Shown piece by piece: positions 1 through 12,562 of a DNA stretch of 64,000 bases. The notes under the pieces are model-generated. The model saw only the letters and a list, made by a program, of their open reading frames with translations, ran no database searches and had not been told where the DNA came from. Origin of the DNA: Rhizophagus irregularis (lineage: Eukaryota); NCBI RefSeq assembly GCF_026210795.1, contig NC_089432.1, positions 248,001 through 312,000 on the forward strand. Direction: 5' to 3'. Each line of letters begins with the position of its first letter. Position 1 is the stretch's first letter. The position numbers were made by a program, and so were the translations under genes.

Positions 1-1754
1 TCATTTGTATTAAACTTCTTTTTTTTAATTAATCCAACTAATGAAATATATTTTAATTCTAAACTAATATTATTATTTCCTATTCCTTTTAAGATAAAAA
101 TATCTGAATATCCAAATCGGCCAAATCCTTTTAATTTTGTACCATCCATTACTAATGATAATTCAGGAATACGATATTTTAATGGTAAAAGATTTTCAAC
201 AATTGCCTGAAGAACAGGTTCATTTGCAGAAGATAATGATATTTGTGATCTTGTTAATAAAAATGTTTTTAAAAGTTCAATAAAAGGTAAAATATTATTT
301 GCAATAAGATTTTCATATGCTGAAGTGATAAGAAGAGCATCATTCACAACCTGTCTATATACTAATTTATCTTTATTTTGTTCTAAAATTCGAATTTGTT
401 TTGTTATAAGTTCTAATAAATAATTATAAAAGTTAATAAATAATATAAATATAAAAAAAAAATAATAAAAATATTATAATTTACCAGAAGATGAATCAGT
501 ATCATTATTTCGTGTTCTTTTTAAATTTCCTTTTTGTTTAACTTGAAAATCAATTTTTTCAGTCCAAATCTTATTAAAAGTTGATTCCAATTCTTCTCCT
601 AAAATATGCATTTCACTTCCTATATCATTATATATATAACAATTGCGAAATATAAGACGAATATCTTTTTCAAATCCTTCAATACTTGTATATTGATTAT
701 TTTCTAATTTTGAAATTATTGTAAATAAATCCATTGAATTTTTTATATTCTCATTTGAAATTTCATAAAATGGATGAATATTAGATTTAATATCAAGTTC
801 TTGAAAAATATCATAACAAAAGTCAATAAGTTGAGAATTTTCAGAATTATTTTCAGTAGAAATAGAATGATTTTTAATAGGAATTTTGATTTTTTTTGAA
901 TGAGATGAATTAGAAATGGATTGATTTTTAATAGGAATAAAATAATCATCATCAGTATTTTCAATAATTTGTTGTGAATAAGAAGAATTAGCAGATACTA
1001 TGTTTTCTTTTTTATTATATTTTTCAACATTCTTTTTTGAATGGGATGAATTAGAAATGTGTGAACAAGATGAATCAGCAAGCACTATGTTTTCTTTTTC
1101 ATTATTTTCTTCAATAAATACTTGATTTTCTTTATATTCTTTAATAATTTCTTGCCAAAATATTTTTAATGTTTTTGCATACCGAAATCGTTCTGCAATT
1201 ACCTATTATTAGAAACAGTTTATTAGTAGTGTGTTAAAATTTTATTTAGTAATATAAGAAGGTACATAGCCAATTCCTTCTCCAGAATTAGCAGACTTAT
1301 ATCAACTACAAAGTTAGGACACCTGAACCGAGAAGCTTGGAGTGGTTACCACGACTTGTCAAATCCAGTAAATTCCCTAAGTTAAGTTCTGATTAACTCT
1401 AGGGGTTACCCTAACTTTGCAAAATAAAAAAAAACACACCTTATCTTTTAAATCAGGAAAATCTTTTTTAAGGAAATCTTTTTTTTCTCTCAAAAAACGA
1501 ACAGCCCAAAGATTATCAAGATTTTTCCAATTATCTAAATTTGAAGTAGTATCAATTGAAGCAATAATAATATCACGGTGATTTGTTAAGAACCTCCAAT
1601 ATGATTTTGTTGTCCTATTGTTATCTGATAAATAAGAGATAAGAGCTAAAAAGATTGAAAGAATTGGGTTAATTATTAATACTACAATCTACAAGTTAAA
1701 ATGCAGTTCACAAGATTTACCATTTTGACCAATGAAATCTTCAGATGTGTTCAT
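1..1754 (-). CDS. Bromodomain + PD-(D/E)XK nuclease-like fusion protein (3' end runs off the window)
   Basis: Exons 1754-1721, 1645-1440, 1202-485 and 412-<1 join in frame via GT-AG introns. Start MNTSEDFIGQNALISYLSDNN. Bromodomain: HPFY..IKNSMDLFTIISKLENNQYTSIEGFEKDIRLIFRNCYIYN. Last exon: NEPVLQAIVENLL..PELSLVMDGTKLKGFGRFGYSDIFIL..SLELKYI. Confidence 0.75.
1309..1419. mobile_element. Small inverted-repeat element (MITE-like) in intron 2 of the bromodomain gene
   Basis: Perfect 10-bp TIR CAAAGTTAGG / CCTAACTTTG; GC-richer than the intron; explains the unusually long 237-nt intron. Confidence 0.45.
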
Positions 1755-1766
1755 GTTTGAAATTGA

Positions 1767-1860
1767 TAAAGATAATTGAGAGTTTAATAATTAAATAAAA
1801 AAAGATAATTGAGAGTTTAATAATTAAATAAAAAAAGAGAAATTGATGAGAGTTTAATGT
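1767..1860. repeat. Short tandem duplication (~33-bp unit, about 2.5-3 copies) just upstream of the bromodomain gene
   Basis: aaagataattgagagtttaataattaaataaaa repeated. Confidence 0.8.
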
Positions 1861-2090
1861 CTTAAATAAAAAAAAATCCTTGTAGATAGTGTGACTCAGA
1901 CTGACATACTGATTTATCAAAGTGAAAAAAATTAACACTACAATTATAATGATTAAATCTATTATTTATCATATTAACAAGAACTTAATCATTTTGCTAA
2001 ATATGGTATAGTATAATTAATATAATTCTTGATTAAAATCATGTCATTAGAAATTAGACATATAGCTTAAAGGTGATTCATTTTAATTTC

Positions 2091-2420
2091 AGTTATTTTG
2101 TTAAGCAAAATGACACAACTTTCATCATTTTGACGCATTTGACATATACGCGTTTAAAAGATGAAACAATTGAAACATGTTGAATATATTATGCATGATA
2201 CATGTACAGAGTTATTTTGTTAAGCAAAATGACTCAACTTTCATCATTTTGACGCATTTGACATATACGCGTTTAAAAGATGAAACAATTTAAAACATGT
2301 TGTACACGATATATATATGTACAGTAAATGTTACAAATAATATATATTTTGACAAATACATACTGACTGCGAAAGTTAACATATACGCGTTTAAAAAGTG
2401 AAATAATTGAAATATGTTGA
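2091..2420. repeat. Direct repeat of ~90 bp (2 copies plus a partial third)
   Basis: agttattttgttaagcaaaatgac(a/t)caactttcatcattttgacgcatttgacatatacgcgtttaaaagatgaaacaatt at ~2091 and ~2210; acatatacgcgtttaaaa again at ~2379. Confidence 0.85.
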
Positions 2421-4111
2421 AATATATTGTGCACTATCATTTTTTTTGTATCACTTAATAACAATATTTTTATGATAATGATATGATTCACCGTAAACGT
2501 AAATTTGGGTATATATTTGAAAATTATATGTACTTACAATATACGGTTTTATAAGATAATTAATATAAAAAACAAAAGTTCTTAAGAACCAATTTTAAAC
2601 TCCATAAGAATAATAAGTATTTAATATTTTTATTTTCGATATTTTTAGTTGAATAAATAATTTTACGATAATTATTAAATATAAAACATAAAATCGTCTG
2701 AATTTTGAATTTTGATAATGAGTTCGGAACCAAGTATAATAAATATATAATGATTAAAAAATTTGTTGCATTAATTTTAAAAATAGGCTATTTTTTTTTT
2801 CATTGTGTGCTCGATATATCAAGTTCTAACTGTAATACTTTCAGTTTTTTATGGATTTCGAGATAATTTTTGTAACGAGAGAGAAATCTACTATGACCAA
2901 ACCTATTTTATTATTCATGTTGTTGCAACAAAAAAATTGTCATAACCGACAATTAACATGTTTCAATTCCATATTTTTTCGCTTCCACACACATCTGAGC
3001 GAAATAAAAAAAATTCAGAAAAAAAAGGTTCTCATACAAACATGTACGAACTGAAGTTAGATGATCTTGTTGTTAATAATCAAACATATTGAACGTAAAA
3101 TTTCAAATAAACTAGGTAACTGCACAACTGCAACGATGGCGTCCGAAGCGTTATAATCACTGTATCGCTATATTAACGTGGTCCCAAAATTTCATTAATC
3201 TTACACGCACTCACGCAGCGTGACGCATGACCTTGAGTGTTACCAATAAGATATATAGTGTCACCTGATTTAGGATTTCCATTCCTAATCAGGTGACGTT
3301 TTTTCATAAAATCCTAGGAAAAAATCCTCCACAACTCCAAACGCTTCGAAATAAGAATCTCAATTGAAATATTAAACCGGATATGTGAAATATAAAGTTT
3401 TTAGTGGATAATTGTTTCTTTCCACCCGTTAAAAATTTTTCACCTTCTATAATATTCTTTAAATACTTCAGTTGATATAGTAATTTTTTATTAATTATAC
3501 ATTTAATTCCTATTCCGAATTTTTGTTCTTCCAATAAAATAATTGTAGACTTTTTTTATTAGAAAATTTTGAATAATATTTACTCTAATTTGAGGAACTG
3601 CGATGTAGAATTTTATATCAGCTTTGTTTCTTTGGTAAATAAACTATTTTTAATATGTTACAAACCGTTGATAAGGTAAATCGTATTTTAGAATTGTACT
3701 AACCAAAAGTTGTTATTGCGGCCATTACAAATATATTTGATACAACGATATTTCTGACATTCTTTTCTTTATGCTAAATAATGTACACTAAATTTTTCGG
3801 CCATACTAAAGCATTTAATGAAACCCAATATTACTTTTTCCAATCTAATTATATGCCACTTTAAATGTATTCTTCACTTTATATTAATTTTTTAGTCTTG
3901 AATTCAACCATTTTATTTATAATAAATAAATAAATTACATTTACATTATTTTGAACATAATGAATGGTATGGTAAAACCATAATAAATACAATTTAATAA
4001 AATAAGCGCATATAATCTACTTCGTTATGATATAAAGAATTTCATTTCAGGTTACAAAGTAAGATGAATTTATAATGTTACTAAATTTTAAATTGATTGA
4101 TAAACTCTAAC

Positions 4112-5278
4112 TCATTCTTTTAAAAGTTTTTTCAATTTTTTTTGAGCCAATTGATATCCTTGTTCAGCAGATTTTTTATACCAGTGAATTGCTTGATTAA
4201 TATCCTTTTCAATCCAATTTCCACGTTTATACATGTTAGCAAGGTTATATTGAGCCAACCTATTTCCTAAATTCGCTGCCTTTTGGTACAATTCAATTGC
4301 CTTTTTCTTATTGATTTCAGTACCAATTCCATTATAGTAACAACATCCTAAGTTATTCATTCCATATAAATGACCTAAATCTGACGCTTTTTGAAATAGT
4401 TTAAATGCCTTTTGCTTATTAACAACCGTTCCAATTCCATCATCATAACAACATCCTAAACTATTTACTCCGTCTGAATTTCCTAAATCTGCTGCTTTTT
4501 GATATAATTTGAATGCCTTTTGCACATCAATATCAGTACCAATTCCCTTTTTATAACAACGTCCTAAGTAATATATTCCATGTGAATATCCTAATTCTGC
4601 TACTTTTTGATATAATTTAAATGCTTTTTTTCTATCAATATCTGTTCCAATCCCATTTTCATAACAATCTCCTAAATTATACATTCCATGTAAATTTCCT
4701 AAATCTGATGCTTTTTTATAAAATTCAAATGCTTTTTTCATATTAATATCAGTACCAAAACCATATTCATAGCAACAACCTAACTTATTCATCCCATCAG
4801 GGGATTCTCTTTCTACTAATTTTTTTGATAATTCAAAAGCTTTTTTATAATCTTTTTCAATCCCTTCTCCATCAATATACATATTAGTAAGATATAATTG
4901 CGCTATATCATTTCCTAATTCTTCTGCTTTTTGAATTAACTCAAATGCCTTTTTACTATTAGTGTTAGTTTCAATCCCATAATAATTAAAATATCCCAGT
5001 AAATAAATAGAATTTGAATTAATTTGATTGTTTAAAAGCCAATAATAGACTTCTTTTGGTTTTACATTATAATCATTCATATAATTAAGAAAGTATCGTT
5101 TTCTTATATTTTCTTCTGTTCCTTTATTTAAATCTTTAAAACTAAGATCAACAAATTCATCAATTGCATTACTTAAATCCTCTTCAAATGTATTTTCATG
5201 AATATTTTGAGTTGTAGGACTTATTTCTCTAAAATTAATTTTATCAAAATTTTTAATAATTGTATGATAATCTTCCAT
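4112..5278 (-). CDS. Sel1-like repeat protein, 8 SLRs, kinase-less
   Basis: 388-aa intronless ORF; 36-aa LGxCYxxGxGTxxNxxKAFxxYxKAAxxG repeats; N-terminal FEEDL..YWLLNNQ linker. Confidence 0.92.
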   Translation of the reverse strand: MEDYHTIIKNFDKINFREISPTTQNIHENTFEEDLSNAIDEFVDLSFKDLNKGTEENIRKRYFLNYMNDYNVKPKEVYYWLLNNQINSNSIYLLGYFNYYGIETNTNSKKAFELIQKAEELGNDIAQLYLTNMYIDGEGIEKDYKKAFELSKKLVERESPDGMNKLGCCYEYGFGTDINMKKAFEFYKKASDLGNLHGMYNLGDCYENGIGTDIDRKKAFKLYQKVAELGYSHGIYYLGRCYKKGIGTDIDVQKAFKLYQKAADLGNSDGVNSLGCCYDDGIGTVVNKQKAFKLFQKASDLGHLYGMNNLGCCYYNGIGTEINKKKAIELYQKAANLGNRLAQYNLANMYKRGNWIEKDINQAIHWYKKSAEQGYQLAQKKLKKLLKE

Positions 5279-5795
5279 GTTTATATTGTTTATATATATA
5301 TATTTTTGTGACTAGTCAAACAAAAAACTTACAAACTACTAAAAAGAAATAGTGTAACTGATTGAAAGAGTAGAACATTTAATAAATATATTTTTAAATA
5401 TATAGAAAATTTGTTAAGCGTTACTTAAAAAAGCTTTTCCGTATGGAAAACTCGGATCACAATATAATTTTAATTTACCACAACATATTAAATGTAGTAC
5501 TGCAGTGAAAATGATTTAATGACGCATAATTTGTAATCTTTGCACATAGCCGAAAGATCTACTTACACAGCCGCAAGATCTGCAGAAGTGCAGATCGAGT
5601 TTTTTTTTGCTGCGCAGATCGAACTCGCTAAAATTTGCCGATCTTTTTTATTTTTACTATTTTTACATAAACTTTATTCGTTTTATTTATTATATATATG
5701 AATATATACATATGAACAAAATGTACAACTAAAGAAAGTGAATCTACTTATTTAAATTCTATTTTTCTTAATCCAGGTTTAATAATATCTTGTTA

Positions 5796-6001
5796 TGATG
5801 TTCCAATCCGCATCCGTTTTTCCGATCCGATCATTTTACGTCATCTGTTTTTATTATCCGTATTCGGAAAATGTTCCGGATAACGGATAAACGTCATCCG
5901 TTATCTGAAATATCCAGTAATGTATCCGTCATCTATTTAACCGCCGGATACCCGATATCCGACGAAAAATTCGGATAGCGGGTTAGCGAATTGGAACACT
6001 A
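5796..6001. mobile_element. hAT-like non-autonomous element with ATCCG/CGGAT subterminal repeats
   Basis: Imperfect TIR tgatgttccaat / attggaacacta; more than 10 atccg/cggat motifs; no TSD seen. Confidence 0.55.
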
Positions 6002-6410
6002 GGAGTTCATTTATTTTCTTATAAGCATTTTATTTAATGAAAGCATTACAGCATATAATGCTTTTGAGATATCATTATCACGAAGACATTGGTAAAAAAC
6101 AAATCAACCAATGTTACCGATTTACGTTAAAAGCTCCTTTGTTCGATGTAGGGGCTCCTTGTTCCTTGCGTAAGAAGCTTCAAATAAAAGAATAAGAATT
6201 TACATAAATTAAAAGTTTTCATATATGGTGATACGTTTTGCATGCATTAATCGATTTATTATAATTGAAATCTATTATAAATACATTATAATTATTAAGA
6301 TAAGAGGACATAATCAAGAAGATAACAATCAGCCAACCAAATTCATCCTTTGTTTAATTAACTTCATCATGATTTATGTGACGGCGAATAAAAAGTTCGC
6401 AAATTATAAT

Positions 6411-7460
6411 TTAATCTTTTAAAAAATCTTTTAATTTATTTTGAGCCCATTGGCATCCTTGTTTAGCAGATTTTTTATACCAATAAATCGCTCGATTAAA
6501 ATCTTTTTCGACGTAATCTCCACGTACATACATATTAGCAAGATTATATTGAGATATATAATTTCCCATATTTGCCGCCTTTTGATATAATTCGAATGCC
6601 TTTTGTTTATCGATACTAGTTCCAACTCCCATATAATAACAACGGCCTAACATAGAAATCCCACCAGAAAATCCACCTTCAGATGATTTTTTAAATAATT
6701 CAAAGGCTTTATCATTATTTTGCGCAACAGCCTTTCCATTTTTATAAAATAACCCAAGATTACATTGGGCTATTATATTTCCTAAATTTGCTGCCTTTTG
6801 ATACATTTCAAATGCCATCTGTAAGTTAACATCAGTTCCAATTCCAATTTCAAAACAATAACCCAACCTATTCATAGCATTTGGATTTTCTCTTTCTGCT
6901 AATTTTTTAGATAATTCAAAAGCAATATTATAATCTTTATCAACATCTTTTCCATGTATATACATACTGGAAAGATCTAATTGAGCTAAATTGTTTTCTA
7001 ACTCTGCAGCTTTTTGAATCAATTCAAATGCCTTTTGCTTATTAATGTCAGTTCCAATCCCATGATAATTAAAATATCCAAACAAATAGATAGAATTTGA
7101 ATTAATCTGATTATTCATAAGCCAGTTATAAACTTCTTGTGGACTTATTTTATTAATATAATCAATAACATGCTGCTTTATAACATTTTGTTCTTTTCCT
7201 TCATTTAGTTCTTTAAAGATAAGATTAACCACTTCATCGATTACAAAAACTAAATCCTCCTCAAATATATTCTTATGAATATTTTTAGTCGTAGGTTCTA
7301 TCTCCTTCACATTAATTCTATCAAAAGTTTTAATAATTTGAAGTAATTCATCACACGATGAATCATTATTTGATGAGACAAAATTATTTAAATCAAGTTT
7401 CTGCTCACCTAGTAATTGAGAATTTAATTTGTAATTAATACTTGTTTGATAATAATCCAT
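6411..7460 (-). CDS. Sel1-like repeat protein, 6 SLRs, kinase-less
   Basis: 349-aa intronless ORF with the family linker and SLRs. Confidence 0.92.
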   Translation of the reverse strand: MDYYQTSINYKLNSQLLGEQKLDLNNFVSSNNDSSCDELLQIIKTFDRINVKEIEPTTKNIHKNIFEEDLVFVIDEVVNLIFKELNEGKEQNVIKQHVIDYINKISPQEVYNWLMNNQINSNSIYLFGYFNYHGIGTDINKQKAFELIQKAAELENNLAQLDLSSMYIHGKDVDKDYNIAFELSKKLAERENPNAMNRLGYCFEIGIGTDVNLQMAFEMYQKAANLGNIIAQCNLGLFYKNGKAVAQNNDKAFELFKKSSEGGFSGGISMLGRCYYMGVGTSIDKQKAFELYQKAANMGNYISQYNLANMYVRGDYVEKDFNRAIYWYKKSAKQGCQWAQNKLKDFLKD

Positions 7461-7883
7461 TTCTATATTTGTTTTTGTGATAATTAACGTTAACGTTAAT
7501 CTTTGGCAAGCAAATTTTACTAGTTATAATCACAAACTAATTATGAGAAAAATTTAACTTAAAATACTTATAATCTTTGGTTTATTATATCCGATTATTT
7601 ATCTAATTTAATAATTTTCTAAAAATGTTTGTAACATAATCTATCAAAGAAACTTACGTCTTTTTCAAACAAATAAAGAATTAGAAATGGTTTATAGAAA
7701 CGCCAAATCAATTTTATTGGTACAATAATTATGGTGTAGTACTGCAGTAAAAATGATGTAATGATTATTGTGGCGCAAAATTTGGCCCGCAGGCGTAGTG
7801 AATTTGCAGATCAATTCTTACCGCATCTTCGGCTAAACATATTTGGTGTAACATATTATACAATAAGGGATTGCATTTAGAAT

Positions 7884-8356
7884 TTGAGATCTACGCCTCC
7901 TTATTTGGAATCTTCATCAGACAAACAGAATCATCAGTTTGATGTCTCCAACCCTATCAATGATCTGACCTGCCAGATCCACTCCTCCACGAAACGCATA
8001 TTATCACCTGCCTTAACCTATATTTACTTATCGAAAAACTTACTTTACCAGACCCGTAGTCGCTACTCCTTCACCGTGGCTGTCATTTATTATGGCGTTA
8101 TAACAATTATATCTCCTCTACATTATCCATTCAAGGTCCCTCTAACATCATCTATTTCTCAGGTGTAGGACTGTAGGTTAAATCTCAAAGGCGCGATTTC
8201 TCCCTTGTCTTGTCCTTCTGCTTTTACTTTTTATTACTTGGTATTATTGTTTTATTGGTTTCGTTTCGTTGTTGGATATATTAGTATATAGCCGCGGTGT
8301 CTAACAGTTTGGGTATTGATATTAGCAAGTATTACTTATGTATCTACAAAAAAAGA
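7884..8356 (+). mobile_element. Possible 3' end of a non-LTR retrotransposon
   Basis: C-rich degenerate ORF followed by a GC-richer UTR-like stretch ending in an A-run (ctacaaaaaaagaa). Family assignment is inference. Confidence 0.3.
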
Positions 8357-8978
8357 AGGGAAGCGTTTCATAAAGCTAATCTCACAGAAACAATGAAAGA
8401 ATACCTTTCTTTTTTTTTGTACTTTCAGCTTCTGAGGACTATTCAGGATGCAGGCATGGTTATGTTAGTAAAAGTTTCTTTGAAGTTAATTTCAAAAAAA
8501 AAACTACATAAGAAATAATACACTGCGTCTAAAGAAGCTCAGAGAAGCCGAATTCTCTACAAAAGAATAAGCAAAAAGAAATGTTAACAACGTTTCATAA
8601 AGAAATTTGAAAGTTTGTAGTAGCTTTTTACCAAATTTCTAGTTTCCTTGTCTCATGTCTCTAAATATAAAAAAGAGTTTCTTTTTTTATTTCGTTTTTT
8701 AAATAAATAAATAGTTTTTTTTTTTAGATAAAGAAATATTTTTAAAAATAAAAAAAAATTTTTTTTTTAATAAAGGTATAAACGACTGAATGAATCTGCA
8801 TATACTTAGACATTGTAGATAATTATAGGTAAATATTTTTTCATTATCCTTTGCAGATTCGTAAATCGACAAAAAAGTCCAAAAATTATTAAATCCCATA
8901 TTTTTATAATGGAAGACGAAAACATTATTTTATTACATAATGTAAATCACATTATTTGTTTATTTTATCAAAAATTCA

Positions 8979-9600
8979 TTAACTACAATACATTTTTGCT
9001 AATTCTGCTGAATCATAATCGTCTTCTTTATCAAATTCTATTAGCCAACTAGTATAATCAACTGAATCATCATTTTCATCACGCTCTACAGCAGGTGTAG
9101 TAGCATTTTGTAAGAATTTTGGATTGGACAAATCCAAAGTTTCTTCAAGTTCCAATGGCTCATCGTCAATGATTTCTAAATCATCATCAATAGCAGTTTG
9201 TTCCAAATTAACTTCAGCCATACTTCTTCCAAAGTTATTTCTTCTTCTACATCATATAAATCTGCATCTCTTAAAATTTGCTGAATTTCCTCTACACCAT
9301 AATGTGATAATTCAGATTTACTATTAGCAATATGGATTTACGAAATTGCTTCAAGATTTTTCACAAAAATTCTTGTACGACGTGTTCTATGAATCCAACC
9401 ACAAACAGACCAGACACATTCATAGTTGGGGCATGTGGTGAAACAGAAACAGTTTAATTGCATGATGTTGAAAAAATGGTGGTTTCACCTCACAAGTTCT
9501 CCACCATTTAAGAGGCGTGTCAATATTACGAGTATAAGATGCGTCATATGGAGATTGGTGTGCATAGTAATCACGTAATTGTGTCATAAGAACTTATTAA
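8979..9600 (-). mobile_element. Degenerate hAT transposase C-terminus (dimerisation domain)
   Basis: Frameshifted minus-strand translation: YDASYTRNIDTPLKWWRTCE..AIKL(F)SVSPHA..VWSVCGWIH.TRRTRIFVKNLEAIS, then an acidic tail (ORF 8979-9221). Confidence 0.75.
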
Positions 9601-10372
9601 TTAATAAAAAATAAAAAAAAATTATAAAATTATAAAAATAAAAAAAAATCATCGGAAAAGCGAAATATCGGAGTTCAGCAAAGGAGACTGTACTGTTTGG
9701 CCAACTTCACTATCGCCCAAAAAGATTCTTATTGTTTCCTGTTTCACAAAGCCATGATGCATTAATTGCTATATAAAGGATAAAAAAATTATAAAAATAA
9801 AAATAAAAAAAATAATAAATAATATAAAAAAAAATATATTTTAAACTTCTCTCCATCTTATTCATATAACAATAATTTAATTAGCACTAAAAATAATCTA
9901 TTTTTTATTAATTAATTAAAAAATTTATCTTACCATTGTACTATTAATTCAACATGGAATTTAATAATTAATTCTTTTTCCTCATTTCTGAATTTAAAAA
10001 TAAAAAAGACCTATTTTCCGCCAGTTGATTAATTTTATCCATTTTTTTTTTGGCGACTACGTCATACATATATACTGTACATATTTTACGTCTGTCTTCA
10101 CTTTGAGACCACCATTGCGTAAAAACATCTTCCAAATTTGTCAAAATTTTTATATATGACTTTTATCATGATGATTTTTGAGATTGTGGGTTGAACAAAC
10201 TTATCAGCTACAGACAGTATTACAGCTGATCAAAAAAATCCCCTAATTTTTTTTGGGGTGAAAATATAGAACATATAACAAAATACAGGGTGCGCAAATC
10301 AGGCCAATCAGCCGATATGTGCCCTTTTATGTTTAGTATTGTATTATAATTGATAATTTTATTTATACTATA

Positions 10373-10810
10373 ATTTTTTTTTTGGTAAATGAAATACTTT
10401 ATTATTTATTTAGAGAACATATAAAATTTATAAAATACAACTTGAGTTTGGCAATACCATTACCTACTACCTTAAATACCTCTTCACATCTCAATTTCCA
10501 AATCCTTTCGTAAATATATCACATATTATCAACAGTTTTGAATCAAATTTCTTGTATTATTTGTTTTCCAAATCTTCACATTAATAAGTCCATGCGTGAT
10601 CTTGTATAATAAATTTTCTAAAGGAAATAACGCGACCTTAGCGCAACAATGTTATTACACTTTTCCTGTTCTTTCTTATCTTCTATTATTTGTTGACTAC
10701 TTCCTTCCATAAATCATATAAACAAAATTTATTTTGATCACAACTCCAAATATGGTCCCATGACTCCGTTTCTTCATTACACCTGATACATCTAGTCATC
10801 TACTTGAAAA
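10373..10810 (-). mobile_element. LINE ORF2 C-terminal relic (CCHC zinc finger) with poly(A)
   Basis: Minus strand reads CIRCNEETESWDHIWSCDQNK at ~10730-10790; T-run at ~10374-10383 on the + strand. Confidence 0.65.
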
Positions 10811-11278
10811 AATTCCAACACTTTAGAAACTCTTTCTTATCACAAATTTTCCCAAAAATACTACAGGATTTTTAAATAAGAGAATATGGGTAACTTTATA
10901 ATTATTTTTTATTTTTATTTTTGTTTTTTGTTTTTTGAGGAAAGATGAACTTAAATTAGAAAAAATAGGCGAAGGTATTTTTTGGACTTTTAAGATTATT
11001 GTTGATCAAATGTTACAAAAATCCTGTCAGATGAAAAATATGACGTTAGCCATAAATGTTGCTTATTTTAAGCAAATATAACCTTTAACTGTGGCTAAAT
11101 TGTGGCTAAGCAAATAATATTGTTGATGCACAAGTTAGAAAGATGCAAATGTGAGAAAGTGTATTATTTGCTTATTTTTTCTTCTCTTTAATATAGAATT
11201 AGAAAATTAATTTTTTTTTTTTATATTTTGATTTAATAGATAGTAATATTGTTTTGTTAAATTACTATTTGACTTATT

Positions 11279-11789
11279 AAATCTCGACAATCAGAATCTT
11301 GCTACAACACACAAACCCGACGCTCACAATCCCGAACTTCAAAATCCCGTAACCACATTATTCCCGATATTAATTATCCAGACCTTACTATCTGACACGA
11401 CACGCTATTTTTTTTTATTACTTTTTTATAGACGTAATATTATTGTAATAATTTTTAAAATATATCGCAAAATTATAGTTTTTAATATAAAAATTAATAA
11501 GTTTTTTTTAATATTTAATAATTTTAGTAAAAATAAATGTTTTTATATAATACATTGCAGAAATTAAGTAATAATTAATTATTTTATTAATATGTAATCA
11601 TTTTTTTAACATTGTTTTATTGTAAAAATTATTTCTTAAAAAGGATAATGAGTGTTAATCGGGATAATGAATGTCGAGAATAATGTGGTTACGGGATTTT
11701 GAAGTTTTTAGATTATGATTTGTCGGGATTGTGAGCGTCGGGATTGTGTTTTAGCAGGATACTAAAAATCAGGATTTTGAACGGCTCCC
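11279..11789. mobile_element. MULE-like non-autonomous element with long TIRs
   Basis: cccgacgctcacaatcccga and cttcaaaatcccgtaaccacattatt on the left are mirrored by aataatgtggttacgggattttgaag and tcgggattgtgagcgtcggg on the right; right end acggctccc; AT-rich core. Confidence 0.7.
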
Positions 11790-12562
11790 GAGTCTCACAT
11801 ATTGTTATTTTATTTATATTCTGAAAATCCATATATTACAAGTCTGTATGGATTTGCATACTAAAAACCATATAGTGCATACACAAAAAACTATATTATA
11901 CAGATTTAAATAGAACTCAATGTATAAATGTACGAGTCAGGTAAGTAGAATGTACAGAGTGGAATCGTCTTTGATGATAACTTACCCATTAAAAAAAAGC
12001 TCGGGCACGTGACATTCAGCTAACAATATCTCCACCTTCAGATAGAAAACGTAATCCTAATCTAACTCTATGTGATAAATAAAGGCGTGGCAAATAGGGT
12101 TTCACGTTTCTGTCCCCTAAATAAATGGATTGTGACAAAATATTTCACTATAATCACGTGCCCGCGTTAACGACAACTTCGCAAATAATATTTTCAAAAA
12201 TGGCAAGAATGCACTTGATATAATGTAGATATTAACATTTAAAGAAAATAACATGATGTCCATATAAGTAAAATAAAAAAAATAATAAGGGGCGTCAAAT
12301 CGTGATCCCAAACCAATTGGCTGTGTATCATGATAAAATGTGTAACGAGAGATCAGGATTAAATGAATTACATAATGTTCCTAACCTCATCTAAAAAAGG
12401 AGAGATAAACATGTTATTTCGTACACAAACTCTGTGATTGCTATCTTTGTTCGACCAATGTACTACTCAATAGTTCGATTGTACTACAGTACCTCCTTAC
12501 ATAAAAAGAATAATTATTCACAAGATAAGTCCTTATTTTTTACTCTTCTAGATAATACTGAA

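Noticed and set aside
743..964. Short alternative-frame or antisense ORFs (also 6431, 9124, 23284, 26465, 40006, 52845, 62978)
   Set aside because: They overlap better-supported genes or relics and show no recognisable motif.
2091..2420. Repeat-spacer-repeat resembling CRISPR or LTRs
   Set aside because: Only 2-3 long copies, no cas genes, no TG..CA ends or internal domain; a local duplication.
3304..3900. Possible degenerate coding sequence on the minus strand
   Set aside because: Many stops and no motif I could recognise.
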